From an uncultured Candidatus Sumerlaeota bacterium (GTDB lineage: Bacteria; Sumerlaeota; Sumerlaeia; MVZB01; JAJFLK01): DNA of 64,000 bases. Each line of letters starts with the position of its first letter. Position 1 is the first letter of the stretch. Shown piece by piece: positions 18,107-27,289 of the stretch. The stretch is taken from the NCBI GenBank assembly GCA_964598765.1, contig CAZRCZ010000001.1, positions 342,327 to 406,326 on the forward strand, read 5' to 3'. The position numbers were made by a program, and so were the translations under genes. The notes beneath the pieces were generated by a model that saw nothing but the letters and a program-made list of their open reading frames with translations, did not search any database and was not told where the DNA came from.

Positions 18107-19621
18107 TCAGCCGCGTCCGCCGGCGGAACCGGAATGAACGACGTCCACGAATTCGGTGCGGTCGCCGAAGAAGAGAAGATCGAATTCACCGGTCGGGCCG
18201 TTGCGCTGTTTGCCGATGTAAACGCGGGCGAGTTCGGCTTCCGGCTTGGCGGCGGGTCCGCCGCTTCCTTTTTCATTGGTTTTATTAAAGTCGCGTTGAA
18301 TGAACATCACGACGTCGGCGTCCTGCTCGATGGCGCCCGATTCGCGCAGATCGGAGAGTTTGGGCTTCTGATCCTTGAGCGTTCTTCCGCCGCGCTGTTC
18401 GATTTGACGGGAAAGTTGCGAGAGGGCGAGAACGGGAATCTCCAAATCGCGCGCCAACCCCTTGAGGGCGCGGGAGACGGCGGAAACTTCCTGCTGGCGA
18501 TTTTCGGTTCGGGAATTCGGCCCGCTCATGAGTTGCAAGTAATCCACGATGATCAGCGAAAGCTGGGGCACTTTCTTCTTCAGCCGACGCGAGCGCGATC
18601 TTAATTCCAGAATTGAAAGGTTGGAGGAATCGTCGAGGTAAAGCGGGGAGTTGCCGAGCCGGATTGTTTGGTCGTGCAACAAGCCGATCTCGGAGTGGGA
18701 CAGCCGATTTTCCCGGACCCTTCGCATCGAGACCCGCGCCAGCGTGCAGAGGAGACGCTGATTCAGTTCCTCGCGCGACATTTCAAGGGAGAAAATGCCG
18801 ACGGGTTTTCCGTGACGGACCGCGACGTTGGTCGCGATGTTCATGGCTAGGGCCGATTTGCCCATCGAAGGGCGCGCCGCCAAGATAATCAAATTGGAGG
18901 GATGCAATCCGGTTGTCAGGTTGTCCAAATCCTTGAACCCGGTCGCCAAGCCGGTCACCTCGGTTGCTCCCTGCTTCGCGCGAGCCTCGATGTTCATCAT
19001 CACGCGCGGGGCGATTTCCTCGACGTGAACAAAATCCCGCGACTCCATTTGTTGCGAGAGATCGAAGATTTTCTGCTCCGAGCGATCAAGAATCTGATCC
19101 ACCTCATCCTCAGAGCGGCGAACCTCGTCGGCGATGGACTCGGCGACGCGCAGGAGGGAGCGCAGACGCCATTTCTCCACGACGATGCGGGCGTATTCGG
19201 GAAGATAGATCGTCGTGACCATCTCCTCCTCCAGCCACCCGAGATAAGGCGCGCCGCCGACGGCCTCGAAGCGTCCCAAGCGGTCCAGTTCCGCGCCGAG
19301 CGTGGTCAAATCCACCGCGCGCTCGCGGGCGTAGAGATCGAGGATGGTCTCGAAGATTTCCTGATTGGCGGGATGGGAAAACAGGGGTTCGTCGGTCGAG
19401 GGGATCGGGGTTCCGCCGATGGTTCTCACGCCGCCGGAAGAGCGCTGAGCTTGCTGGGGAATGAGGGTGATGACTTCGTCAATTTTGCGGTTGTCGAACA
19501 ACATGCCGCTCAGGAGCGCGCGTTCGGCCTCCAAGTTTTGGGGGACCGGACGGGTCGAAGGGAGAGCGGGTGATGCCAGAGCCATGCAGAAAAAATTCCC
19601 GGAAGAATCCGATGCAAACAT
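18107..19621 (-). CDS. dnaB: Replicative DNA helicase DnaB
   Basis: N-terminal domain (LEAERALLSGMLFDNRKIDEV), GLATGFKDLDNLTTGLHPSNLIILAARPSMGKSALAMN Walker A region, RecA-like C-terminal domain. ATG at 19621; ATG at 19585 possible. Confidence 0.93.
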   Translation of the reverse strand: MFASDSSGNFFCMALASPALPSTRPVPQNLEAERALLSGMLFDNRKIDEVITLIPQQAQRSSGGVRTIGGTPIPSTDEPLFSHPANQEIFETILDLYARERAVDLTTLGAELDRLGRFEAVGGAPYLGWLEEEMVTTIYLPEYARIVVEKWRLRSLLRVAESIADEVRRSEDEVDQILDRSEQKIFDLSQQMESRDFVHVEEIAPRVMMNIEARAKQGATEVTGLATGFKDLDNLTTGLHPSNLIILAARPSMGKSALAMNIATNVAVRHGKPVGIFSLEMSREELNQRLLCTLARVSMRRVRENRLSHSEIGLLHDQTIRLGNSPLYLDDSSNLSILELRSRSRRLKKKVPQLSLIIVDYLQLMSGPNSRTENRQQEVSAVSRALKGLARDLEIPVLALSQLSRQIEQRGGRTLKDQKPKLSDLRESGAIEQDADVVMFIQRDFNKTNEKGSGGPAAKPEAELARVYIGKQRNGPTGEFDLLFFGDRTEFVDVVHSGSAGGRG

Positions 19622-19695
19622 TCTTGAGCACGCATCGGGCGAATTTCAATTGCATAATGATTGGGAATGCTTCAACAAAAGCGCGCTACAACAAA

Positions 19696-20994
19696 TCACG
19701 CCAATCCCGACCGTTCGGCGGAACTGATAATCCCCAACTCCAACGCTTTTTCCGCCCGCAGGATGCCCCATGACGTCGCGCGGCGGAGTCGGGCGCGGAG
19801 GTGGCGGTCGGTGGCGCGGTCGGCCATGTAGGCGGCCTTCCCTTCGCCGAGCATTGTCGCGCCGGAGCCGGAGGCGACGCTCGCGCTGTAGGCTTCGATC
19901 TCCTTGAGGTCGCTCTCGACTTGTTTGGCGGGAATCGCGTTGCGATAGGCGGCCATGACCATCAGCAACTGCGCCGGATGGCCGACCCATTTGCCGCTCA
20001 TGCCGAGCGCGATGCCGTGCATGGCGTCGTCGTAAACTTCCTTGAGCGCGCCGAGGATTTTATCTTTGTTGGCCTGCGTTTGCTCGGGCGTGAGGTTTTT
20101 GTCGCGGTAGATCGGCGTCGGGTAGTTGAGCGTCATGCAATCAATCGCCGGGACGTTGAGCGCGCCGGCAACGTTGACAATTTCATATCGCGCCCAGTCG
20201 CAGACCGGATGGTCGTTCTTGATTTTGGGGAGATTGGCGTCGGCGCTGTAATCGGCGATGCCCCAGATGATCCCGGCGAGCCGATGCGCCGAGGTCCGCG
20301 CAAGTTCGTCAATCCGATTAAGCGCGTAACCGGACTCGACGAGGAACTCCAACTTGATCTGATTTTCGGCAAGGCCGAGTTGCTTTTCGACTTTGCCGAG
20401 GATGTCGCAAACCCACGCGATCTCTTCGGGATGCTCGGCCTTGGGCCAGACGATTCCGGCGATGGGATAATTTTCGGGGGCGCGTCCCTTGGCGACTTCG
20501 GTCAGGACGATCAGAATGTCCTCGACGCAGGAATCAAGACGCAATCCCGCCGGACGGAAAAAGGGAAGTGTCGTGCCCCAGTTTTCCTGAGTGAAAACGC
20601 GGATTGCCCCTTGGCGCGCCTTGTGAATCGTGTCCTCCGTCAGCGCGACGGCGTCCTCGGCGTCCACCATGACGAAAGGAGAATTTTTGTTTTCGCCGTG
20701 GAGAATTTCAAGAACCGTGGCCAGCGGCGCGCCGGTCGCGTCGGCGATTTCGTGGGGCGTGATGTGAAACCGCTCCAAAATTTTTGCGACCGCGCTCAGA
20801 CCCTGAATCGCCTTTTCGGGCGTCCCGCTGGCCGGAGTCGTGAAATGCGCCTGCTGGTTCCAGTATCGCAGGGGCATGTCCGCGCTCAGGCGCGAGCGTT
20901 GGCGCAGAAGATCCTGCCGTCGCGCCGAGGCGGTTTCGGCGATGGCTTGATATGTCGGGGCGACTTCCAATTTGGACAAGGCGGCCTGTTCCAT
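19696..20994 (-). CDS. HpcH/HpaI aldolase / citrate-lyase beta-subunit (CitE)-like protein
   Basis: 432-aa ORF with FVMVDAEDA (DxED metal-binding motif of CitE/malyl-CoA lyase family); larger than canonical CitE. Confidence 0.6.
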   Translation of the reverse strand: MEQAALSKLEVAPTYQAIAETASARRQDLLRQRSRLSADMPLRYWNQQAHFTTPASGTPEKAIQGLSAVAKILERFHITPHEIADATGAPLATVLEILHGENKNSPFVMVDAEDAVALTEDTIHKARQGAIRVFTQENWGTTLPFFRPAGLRLDSCVEDILIVLTEVAKGRAPENYPIAGIVWPKAEHPEEIAWVCDILGKVEKQLGLAENQIKLEFLVESGYALNRIDELARTSAHRLAGIIWGIADYSADANLPKIKNDHPVCDWARYEIVNVAGALNVPAIDCMTLNYPTPIYRDKNLTPEQTQANKDKILGALKEVYDDAMHGIALGMSGKWVGHPAQLLMVMAAYRNAIPAKQVESDLKEIEAYSASVASGSGATMLGEGKAAYMADRATDRHLRARLRRATSWGILRAEKALELGIISSAERSGLA

Positions 20995-21184
20995 GCGAGC
21001 GGTTCTCCCTGCGATGCGGTTTGGCGTTCAAAATGCGAGCGGTTGAAATTATCACGCCGGAGGGGGAAGCGTCAATTGCGGGTCACAGCCGCGAGCGTCA
21101 AATCGGGATACGCTTGAATTGCCCGCCTTCATAACTCGTCGGGTTCCGAAGACGCTTGTGTCTCGAGATGCGGAAAATCTGCGG

Positions 21185-21248
21185 GGAACGCCAAGAGGCG
21201 TTCCGGAACAAAGCCCAAGGTCGCCGAGCGTAGCGAGGCTACCTTGGG
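21185..21248 (-). repeat. REP-like double-hairpin element, copy 2 (abuts RAYT gene)
   Basis: ggaacgcc-aaga-ggcgttcc hairpin plus cccaaggtcgcc...ggctaccttggg hairpin; reverse complement aligns with 18020-18081. Confidence 0.8.
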
Positions 21249-21301
21249 TCCCCAAAAGCCACGATTGCAACCTCAACGAGGTTGCGGCATGATTTTCTCC
21301 G

Positions 21302-21712
21302 ATGCCGCAGTCACTTTCCGCCGTTTATCTTCATTTGGTTTTCTCCACGAAAGACCGGCGCCCTCTTCTTCGCGACCACACCCTGCGCGAAAGGTTACAC
21401 GCCTACTTGGCCGGCATTTCCAATCAATTGGATTGTCCTGTCCTCATTGTGGGAGGCGTCGAGGATCACGTTCACTTGTTGGCGCGGTTCGGACGGACGG
21501 TGACTCAGGCTGAATGGGTGAAAGAATTGAAGCGGGTGTCGAGCATCTGGCTTAAGAAACGCGGACGCCAATACGCCGATTTTGCATGGCAATCGGGATA
21601 CGCCGTATTTTCGGTGAGCCAATCCAAATTGAATCACGCGAAAATATATATCGCGCAACAGGAGGACCACCATCGGCGATTGAGATTTCAGGACGAGAGA
21701 CGATGTCAGTGA
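21302..21712 (+). CDS. IS200-like / REP-associated tyrosine transposase (RAYT) family protein, possibly C-terminally truncated
   Basis: AVYLHLVFSTKDRRPLL, HuH motif VEDHVHLL, YAVFSVS, IAQQEDHHRRLRFQDE. Ends soon after FQDE, shorter than I would expect for this family (from memory). Confidence 0.75.
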   Translation: MPQSLSAVYLHLVFSTKDRRPLLRDHTLRERLHAYLAGISNQLDCPVLIVGGVEDHVHLLARFGRTVTQAEWVKELKRVSSIWLKKRGRQYADFAWQSGYAVFSVSQSKLNHAKIYIAQQEDHHRRLRFQDERRCQ

Positions 21713-21862
21713 TGAACGGCACAAGTTCACTTGGCAGCCACATGGTTCGCAATTCACGATCATTGAATATGTGCCGCAGGACAGACTTGCGATCCGTCTC
21801 AAGAAACCTCCCCCAAAGATCGATCGTTCCAAACTACTGAATGAATTGCAGTTTGACAGTTC

Positions 21863-22339
21863 TTGGGTGGAGATACTCAAATCCTAAAAGTGGACACGGT
21901 CAGCGCGAAAAAACGCTCATGGATAATGGCTCAGATAAAATCGGCCGGGAATGAATCAACCGAGGGGCGTCTGGCAAAGCAGTTCCGTAACCACGCAATC
22001 AAGGGTTGGAGGAGAAAATCCAAGCTACTTGGCAAACCGGATTTTGTATTTCGTCGCGCTCGCGTTGCCGTTTTCGTGGATGGATGCTTCTGGCATGGAT
22101 GTCCCACCCATTGCAGATTGCCCACTACGCGACGGGCTTATTGGACGAACAAAATTGCCAAAAACATGCGGCGAGACAGAAATATCCGTGCGGCTCTCAG
22201 GCGTGGCGGGTGGACGGTATGGCGCTTTTGGGAGCATGAAATTCGCTCACCCTCAGTAGAAGAAAAACTTCGAGGATTAAGGCGAACAATTCGAGTCAGG
22301 TCGAAAAAGATGAATCCTCGAGTCGGTCGTCAAGAATGA
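21863..22339 (+). CDS. vsr: Very-short-patch-repair endonuclease (Vsr)
   Basis: Motifs KRSWIMAQIKS, GKPDFVF, AVFVDGCFWHGC, WTVWRFWEHE match Vsr. ORF-track start is TTG; GTG 21890 or ATG 21922 possible. Confidence 0.8.
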   Translation: MGGDTQILKVDTVSAKKRSWIMAQIKSAGNESTEGRLAKQFRNHAIKGWRRKSKLLGKPDFVFRRARVAVFVDGCFWHGCPTHCRLPTTRRAYWTNKIAKNMRRDRNIRAALRRGGWTVWRFWEHEIRSPSVEEKLRGLRRTIRVRSKKMNPRVGRQE

Positions 22340-22475
22340 GACTGATGGCCACGCGGACGCTGTCGCGGCATTCCGCAATGGATTCGCCTTGGCCATTCGC
22401 GCCGGGAACTTCCGGGCAGTAGCCGATGTAAAAGTTCTTTCCCTTTTCAATGATGACGGTAAATTCGCGATGCAT
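22296..22475 (-). CDS. hicB: HicB-like antitoxin domain protein (UPF0150), no adjacent HicA
   Basis: MHREFTVIIEKGKNFYIGYCPEVPGANGQGESIAECRDSVRVAISLIL fits HicB N-terminal fold. Start at ATG 22475 with GGGAG-like RBS upstream; longer ORF-track version overlaps apbE. Confidence 0.55.
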   Translation of the reverse strand: MHREFTVIIEKGKNFYIGYCPEVPGANGQGESIAECRDSVRVAISLILDDRLEDSSFST

Positions 22476-22542
22476 TGAGAGACTCCCTTCGTCTTCGCTA
22501 ATGATATAAGGAAGCGGCAGTATCGCGCCACTCAAACGACGC

Positions 22543-23583
22543 TCACACTCTTCGATAGGATGGAAACTCTCCCACCTGAACAAACTTCAATCCGCCGTTG
22601 GCGTCGAGATCGAGGTTGAGGCCGGAGACGCCCGCCGGAAGAAGATCGGGCGATGCGTCGCGTCCGGCGACAAACAGCGCGGTCGAGGCCGCGTCGGCTT
22701 CCATGCAGGTCGCGGCGAAGGCCGACGAACTGAGATACGTGTTAGATCGTTCGCCTGATTGCGGGTTGAACTTGTCCATCCGTTCCGGCCTGATTTTGAA
22801 GTCGGAGAAATCATAGTTGCCCGACGTGGCGATGGCCTGATTGGCCAGCTCAAAAATCGCGCAGACTCCCGCGCGGGTCGGGTCCTGCAAACCGACTTTC
22901 CAACCGGGCGCGTCGGTCGGACAGCCATGCACGTAGAGGTCGCCGCCGGCCTCGACGATGGCGTTGGCGATTCCCCATTTGTCGCGCAGGACGGCGATGG
23001 CGCGATCCACGGCGTAGCCTTTGGCGATGCCGCCAAGATCAAAACCCATTCCCTTGCGTTGCAATCCCAACTGACGCCCCTCGATCCGAATTTGGCGGTA
23101 ATCCACGAGTTCGCGCGCCTCGGCGATCGTGTCCGGAATGTCGTCGGCCTCGGGATGCAATCCGCCAGCCTTGAGCAAGGGAAGCGCGGTGATGTCGAAC
23201 AGCGCGCCGGATTGTTTCGCCCAGCGCAATCCCGATCGAACGACCTCGATGATGCGGGGATCCACTTCCAACATTTCGCTCCCCGCGACGCGATTGACGC
23301 GCGAGAGGGGTGTGAACCGCCGATGAATGCTCATCAAATCCTCGACGAGTTGGATTTCCGCGATGGCGTCGAGAACGGCCTCGCGCGCCTTGTTCTCCTT
23401 CTCGCCGATGACGACGAGGTGAACGACGGTTCCCATCGCCTGCCATGCCTTGCGGCAATCCTTGTCGGCGACCGACGCCGCCCAGCTTCCTTTCGGGATT
23501 CCCAGCGAGAAAACGGACGATCCGATGCCGACCATGCCAAGTTGCTTCAAAAAATCGCGGCGATCAGGTGATTTGAATGTCAT
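22543..23583 (-). CDS. apbE: FAD:protein FMN transferase (ApbE family), Tat-exported
   Basis: Tat motif RRDFLK at N-terminus; ApbE core (GFDLGGIAKGYAVDRA, TSGNYD). Confidence 0.85.
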   Translation of the reverse strand: MTFKSPDRRDFLKQLGMVGIGSSVFSLGIPKGSWAASVADKDCRKAWQAMGTVVHLVVIGEKENKAREAVLDAIAEIQLVEDLMSIHRRFTPLSRVNRVAGSEMLEVDPRIIEVVRSGLRWAKQSGALFDITALPLLKAGGLHPEADDIPDTIAEARELVDYRQIRIEGRQLGLQRKGMGFDLGGIAKGYAVDRAIAVLRDKWGIANAIVEAGGDLYVHGCPTDAPGWKVGLQDPTRAGVCAIFELANQAIATSGNYDFSDFKIRPERMDKFNPQSGERSNTYLSSSAFAATCMEADAASTALFVAGRDASPDLLPAGVSGLNLDLDANGGLKFVQVGEFPSYRRV

Positions 23584-23615
23584 GTCTTATATCTCCCTAA
23601 ATTCTATGAATACTT

Positions 23616-23709
23616 AAACACAAAGACACAAAGAAGGCACAAAGAATGGTGAGGCCGTGTGTCTTCCTAATCCCTTGTATTCTTTGTGACTCCTTCGTGT
23701 CTTTGTGTA
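23616..23709. repeat. Imperfect palindrome of tandem CACAAAG heptamers (CACAAAG subfamily, copy 1)
   Basis: Arms aaacacaaagacacaaagaaggcacaaagaatg and cattctttgtgactccttcgtgtctttgtgt separated by ~30 nt; shares a 23-nt identical core with 57445-57571. Confidence 0.85.
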
Positions 23710-23715
23710 TAATCT

Positions 23716-25191
23716 TCAAGCGTCGTTTACAATTTTTTCCTGTTTCGAATCCCAACGGACCCGTCTGCCGCGCAGATAGGCTTGATTCGCCATGTGCGCG
23801 ATGACGGCTTCATCGAAGGCCATGTCAATGTTGCAATTCGTTTTCACGTTTCCGCTCCGGACGCACTCGACGAAATTGAGCGCGTGAAGCGCCGTGACGT
23901 TGATCTTCTTGCCGTTGACGATCTCGATGTAAATCGCCTTGCCGAACATCCAATCCAAAGAGCGACTGCTCTTGGCCTTGATCTCCTCCAGACTCTTCAA
24001 ATCCTCCGCGCTCCCGATGTCCACGAACCACTTTTTCTTTTCAAGGTTGTCCAAATAATCGGGACGGTCCGAGTCTTTGTCGAAGATCAACTGCATCCCG
24101 TGGGTCATGTCGAGCGTGGCGTCGTGGCCGAAGAGCGCCCGCTCGCGCGTCTGGCTGTTGGCGAGCGTTCCGGTGTAGGTGACCATGATCTCTTCTTTTT
24201 CATAGTTGAACGTGATTTGGAGAACGTCGGGCGTTTCGCGTCCGTCCTTGTGATAATAAATGCCGCCCGACGCGACCGCCGTGCTCGGGATGCCGAGACC
24301 GGTGATTTGCTGAATCGCGTCCATTTCGTGCGTGAGCAGATCGCCGCATTGCCCCGTGCCGTAGTCCCAGTATTTGCGGAAACGGAAAAAGCGGTCCAAG
24401 TTGAAATCGCGCTTGGGACCTTTGCCCGTGAAGCGCGCCCAATCAATGTTGTCCGGCCCGGCGCCGACGGGAATTTTGTAAATCCAAGCTCCGTTGGCGT
24501 TGTTGCGGTTGGTGTAGGTTTCGATGAGGGTGATTTTGCCGAGCGCGCCCTCGGGACCGATGGAGCCGATGGCTTTCTTGGCCTTGGCCATCGTCGTGCC
24601 GCTTCGGGTCTGGTGGCCGAGTTGGAAAACAACCCCCGCTTGTTTCACGGCGGCGCGATATTCAATGGCGGCCTCGATGGAGTTGGCGAAACTTTTCTCG
24701 GAATAAATGTGTTTTCCGGCCTGCGCGGCGGCGATCCCGACGAGCGAATGATTGTGGTCCGAAGTTCCGATGAAAATCGCGTCCACGTTTTTATCGGCGA
24801 GCAGATCCTCGAAATTGGGATAAACCTTGATGTCCGGCACGGCCCCTTTGGCCCATTCCTGATTTCCTTTGTAGCAATCGCTCATCGCATGGGCGCGGAC
24901 GTTCAGCGGGCGGGGGAGATTCGCGGTCGGGTCTTCCTTCGGCTCGTCCTTCGGAGAAGGATCCTTGGGATTGCTGAATCCGGTGTAGCGCATGTGTTGT
25001 TTGCCGCGCACGCCGACGCCGACGTATCCGAGATTGACTGTGTCGCTCGGTTGCATTTTTTTGATGAACGCCGGAGCCTTTGGTTTTTCCTCCGCGCTCA
25101 TGGCGGCTTGGCCGGCGGAAGCGGCGGTCAAGGCGACGGCGGCGGAAGTTTTCAGAAAATCGCGGCGTTGAAGCATTGCGTCTTCGGACAT
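23716..25191 (-). CDS. Gfo/Idh/MocA-family oxidoreductase, Tat-exported
   Basis: Tat signal MSEDAMLQRRDFLKTSAAVALTAA; Rossmann N-domain. Start at ATG 25191 with GGAGGAGG RBS upstream; ORF-track start 25218 is GTG. Confidence 0.8.
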   Translation of the reverse strand: MSEDAMLQRRDFLKTSAAVALTAASAGQAAMSAEEKPKAPAFIKKMQPSDTVNLGYVGVGVRGKQHMRYTGFSNPKDPSPKDEPKEDPTANLPRPLNVRAHAMSDCYKGNQEWAKGAVPDIKVYPNFEDLLADKNVDAIFIGTSDHNHSLVGIAAAQAGKHIYSEKSFANSIEAAIEYRAAVKQAGVVFQLGHQTRSGTTMAKAKKAIGSIGPEGALGKITLIETYTNRNNANGAWIYKIPVGAGPDNIDWARFTGKGPKRDFNLDRFFRFRKYWDYGTGQCGDLLTHEMDAIQQITGLGIPSTAVASGGIYYHKDGRETPDVLQITFNYEKEEIMVTYTGTLANSQTRERALFGHDATLDMTHGMQLIFDKDSDRPDYLDNLEKKKWFVDIGSAEDLKSLEEIKAKSSRSLDWMFGKAIYIEIVNGKKINVTALHALNFVECVRSGNVKTNCNIDMAFDEAVIAHMANQAYLRGRRVRWDSKQEKIVNDA

Positions 25192-25363
25192 GGAATCCTC
25201 CTCCAAGCTGATAGTCACCGAGCGGACCTTGGTCTCAATTTGATGTTACGGTTCGACGATGACGTTGGCAACGGGAAATTATCCAAGGGAAATTGAACGC
25301 GGATGAACACGCATTGCGCGGATCAAGAATCAATCCGCGCGGTCCGCGCGGAAGGATAATTCA

Positions 25364-25609
25364 CTACGCGCAATAAAACAATACAATGCCCCCGATGAGA
25401 AACGCCCATCCGAGACACATGAACCGCGCGGCTGTTCGATTTTCGCGGAGGTATCGCCAGATGACGCAAACATCATATTCCCATGCCCATACCGTAGGGA
25501 TGTTCTGGGTTTTGTCCTTCCGGCCAGCTTCTGCGCCTCTTGCCAAAAATCCGATAATAAAGATGATCAGAAAACCCCATGCCGCCATGAAAGCTCCGAT
25601 GGCTCGCAT
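25364..25609 (-). CDS. Hypothetical small membrane protein
   Basis: 81-aa ORF with two hydrophobic helices; start codon lies 1 nt after the stop of the upstream aldehyde dehydrogenase gene. Confidence 0.4.
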   Translation of the reverse strand: MRAIGAFMAAWGFLIIFIIGFLARGAEAGRKDKTQNIPTVWAWEYDVCVIWRYLRENRTAARFMCLGWAFLIGGIVLFYCA

Positions 25610-25610
25610 T

Positions 25611-27047
25611 TTACTTCACTCGCGGCTCCATTTGAAACGCCCTCGCGCGAAACAAAAATTCCACGATGTTCCCCTCGTGCGGTTGCATCCAGTCGAGTTT
25701 GATCGTCGGGATCGGACCGAGGTTGAGACGGTCAATGTGAACGGCATCGGTCAATTCGCGCCGAAACTTCGCATCAGCGGTGATCGCAGAGCAAACCAGC
25801 GTCGGTCCCATTGCTTCAATCATCTTCTCTTGCGGGCATTGAACGATCGAGACAAACGGAAACATATATTCTTTCTTGGCGATGGAGGCTTCGGGCGAAT
25901 CGCAATGAGCGACGACGGGGCGCAGATACGCGCATCGTTCTTGCTCCACGAGGCGCGGACCGAATTTTTCCGTCGAGTGCTCGACGCCGTTCTCTCTCAA
26001 ATCGGCGTCAATCATCTTCCAAACCGCCTGCGCCTGTCCCGGAACGGTGAACGCGGCGAGTCCCGCGGCCGGGTCTTCGGGGGGCTTGACGTCAACCGGT
26101 CCGAGCCGCTCGGCGAGCGCGCTGGCGATTTCGCGCGTGTGGCGCGACGCCCAAACGCCCGAACAATTGATGCACCCGCGCCCGCTGTTCAGATAAACGC
26201 TGCCGGCCATCACGTCGAGGTATTTTTCCCAATGATCCGCGGCATCGTCGCCAAGGATGATCTTGCTGAAGCCGGGCCCATGCGCCTGAACGCGGGGATT
26301 GCCCTTATACATTTCCACCGTTTGCGATCCGCCGAAAATCAAGCTTCGGTCGCACGCAGACAGCACCGCCGCGCCGACCTCGCCGCCGCCGGGATAAATC
26401 GAAATCGCCTCGCGCGGAATCCCCGCCTCAAAAAACGCCGATGCCATCCGATAGGGGGTCCACGGCTCCTGCGGTCCCGGTTTCAGGACCAATCCGACCT
26501 GCATTGGAATAATCGGAAGCCAGAGCGTATGCACTCCGGGGGAATTGGAAGGGAGGACGAGGCCGACGACGGGCGATTGCGCCTGAAAGCTGACGATGAC
26601 TTCTCCCGCCGAGCGTTTTTCGACGCCGTAGCCCCGGCTCAAAACCTCAAGCTCAAGCCCGCGCGTCAAGGCGTCCAACATCTCCCCCATGCGCGAGAGA
26701 ACAAAATGATTCTTCTGCATGTTTGCCTTGCACATGTGCTCAGGAAGCCCCGTCGAGGCCGATTGGGCGTGGGCGAATTCGTCGGGAGTTTGAGTTCCGT
26801 CGCCGAGGGGTAGCGTCGCACTGAAATAGAGGTCCGCCGCCTTCTTCACGCGGGCGATCAATTCGGCGCAGGGGATTTCGCGCAGGGCGTCGCGCGCCGC
26901 TTGCGCCTTGCGCATGTCGCGCTGGACGATCCCGCCGTTGGCTTGACTCACCTTGGCGATCGGCTCGCCGGTGATGAAATGCGCGACGGTGTCGGTTTCG
27001 AGGGATTGATACGGTTTGCCCCATCGCAGGGCGGGGATATTGAGCAT
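25611..27047 (-). CDS. Aldehyde dehydrogenase superfamily protein
   Basis: 478-aa ORF with ALDH-like architecture and candidate catalytic Cys region [10 protein letters not shown]; specific subfamily not assignable. Confidence 0.6.
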   Translation of the reverse strand: MLNIPALRWGKPYQSLETDTVAHFITGEPIAKVSQANGGIVQRDMRKAQAARDALREIPCAELIARVKKAADLYFSATLPLGDGTQTPDEFAHAQSASTGLPEHMCKANMQKNHFVLSRMGEMLDALTRGLELEVLSRGYGVEKRSAGEVIVSFQAQSPVVGLVLPSNSPGVHTLWLPIIPMQVGLVLKPGPQEPWTPYRMASAFFEAGIPREAISIYPGGGEVGAAVLSACDRSLIFGGSQTVEMYKGNPRVQAHGPGFSKIILGDDAADHWEKYLDVMAGSVYLNSGRGCINCSGVWASRHTREIASALAERLGPVDVKPPEDPAAGLAAFTVPGQAQAVWKMIDADLRENGVEHSTEKFGPRLVEQERCAYLRPVVAHCDSPEASIAKKEYMFPFVSIVQCPQEKMIEAMGPTLVCSAITADAKFRRELTDAVHIDRLNLGPIPTIKLDWMQPHEGNIVEFLFRARAFQMEPRVK

Positions 27048-27289
27048 CGAAGCTTCCTTCCAAATACGGAATCGCCAGAATCACCCGCAAATTAGCACGG
27101 TTGGGAATTGGATGAGAAGATTTATTGACGGCGACCCTCGGATTGGGGATGATAGTGGGCTTGGCGGGAGGGGGGAAGAGTTCAAGGTCGCGTCCTACTT
27201 AGGCGACGGCTTGAATGCTTCCGCCCGAAATTTCATCTCGCGCATGGCAAGAAGACCGGGGCGCGACCCGGCAAAGGGAGGAAACTTTG

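Noticed and set aside
19801-21117. 438-aa plus-strand ORF opposite the CitE-like gene
   Set aside because: Antisense shadow; low-complexity R/G/D-rich translation without motifs.
22025-22237. HicA toxin candidate among small ORFs near hicB
   Set aside because: None of the small ORFs flanking hicB resembles HicA; they are alternative frames of vsr.
23782-25296. 504-aa plus-strand ORF opposite the Gfo/Idh/MocA gene
   Set aside because: Antisense shadow of a well-supported minus-strand gene.
25386-26813. 475-aa plus-strand ORF opposite the aldehyde dehydrogenase gene
   Set aside because: Antisense shadow; arginine-rich, no motifs.
25611-27047. Microcompartment-type acylating aldehyde dehydrogenase partnered with the tailed aldolase
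   Set aside because: No encapsulation-peptide-like extension and no shell genes nearby; the two genes are 35 kb apart.
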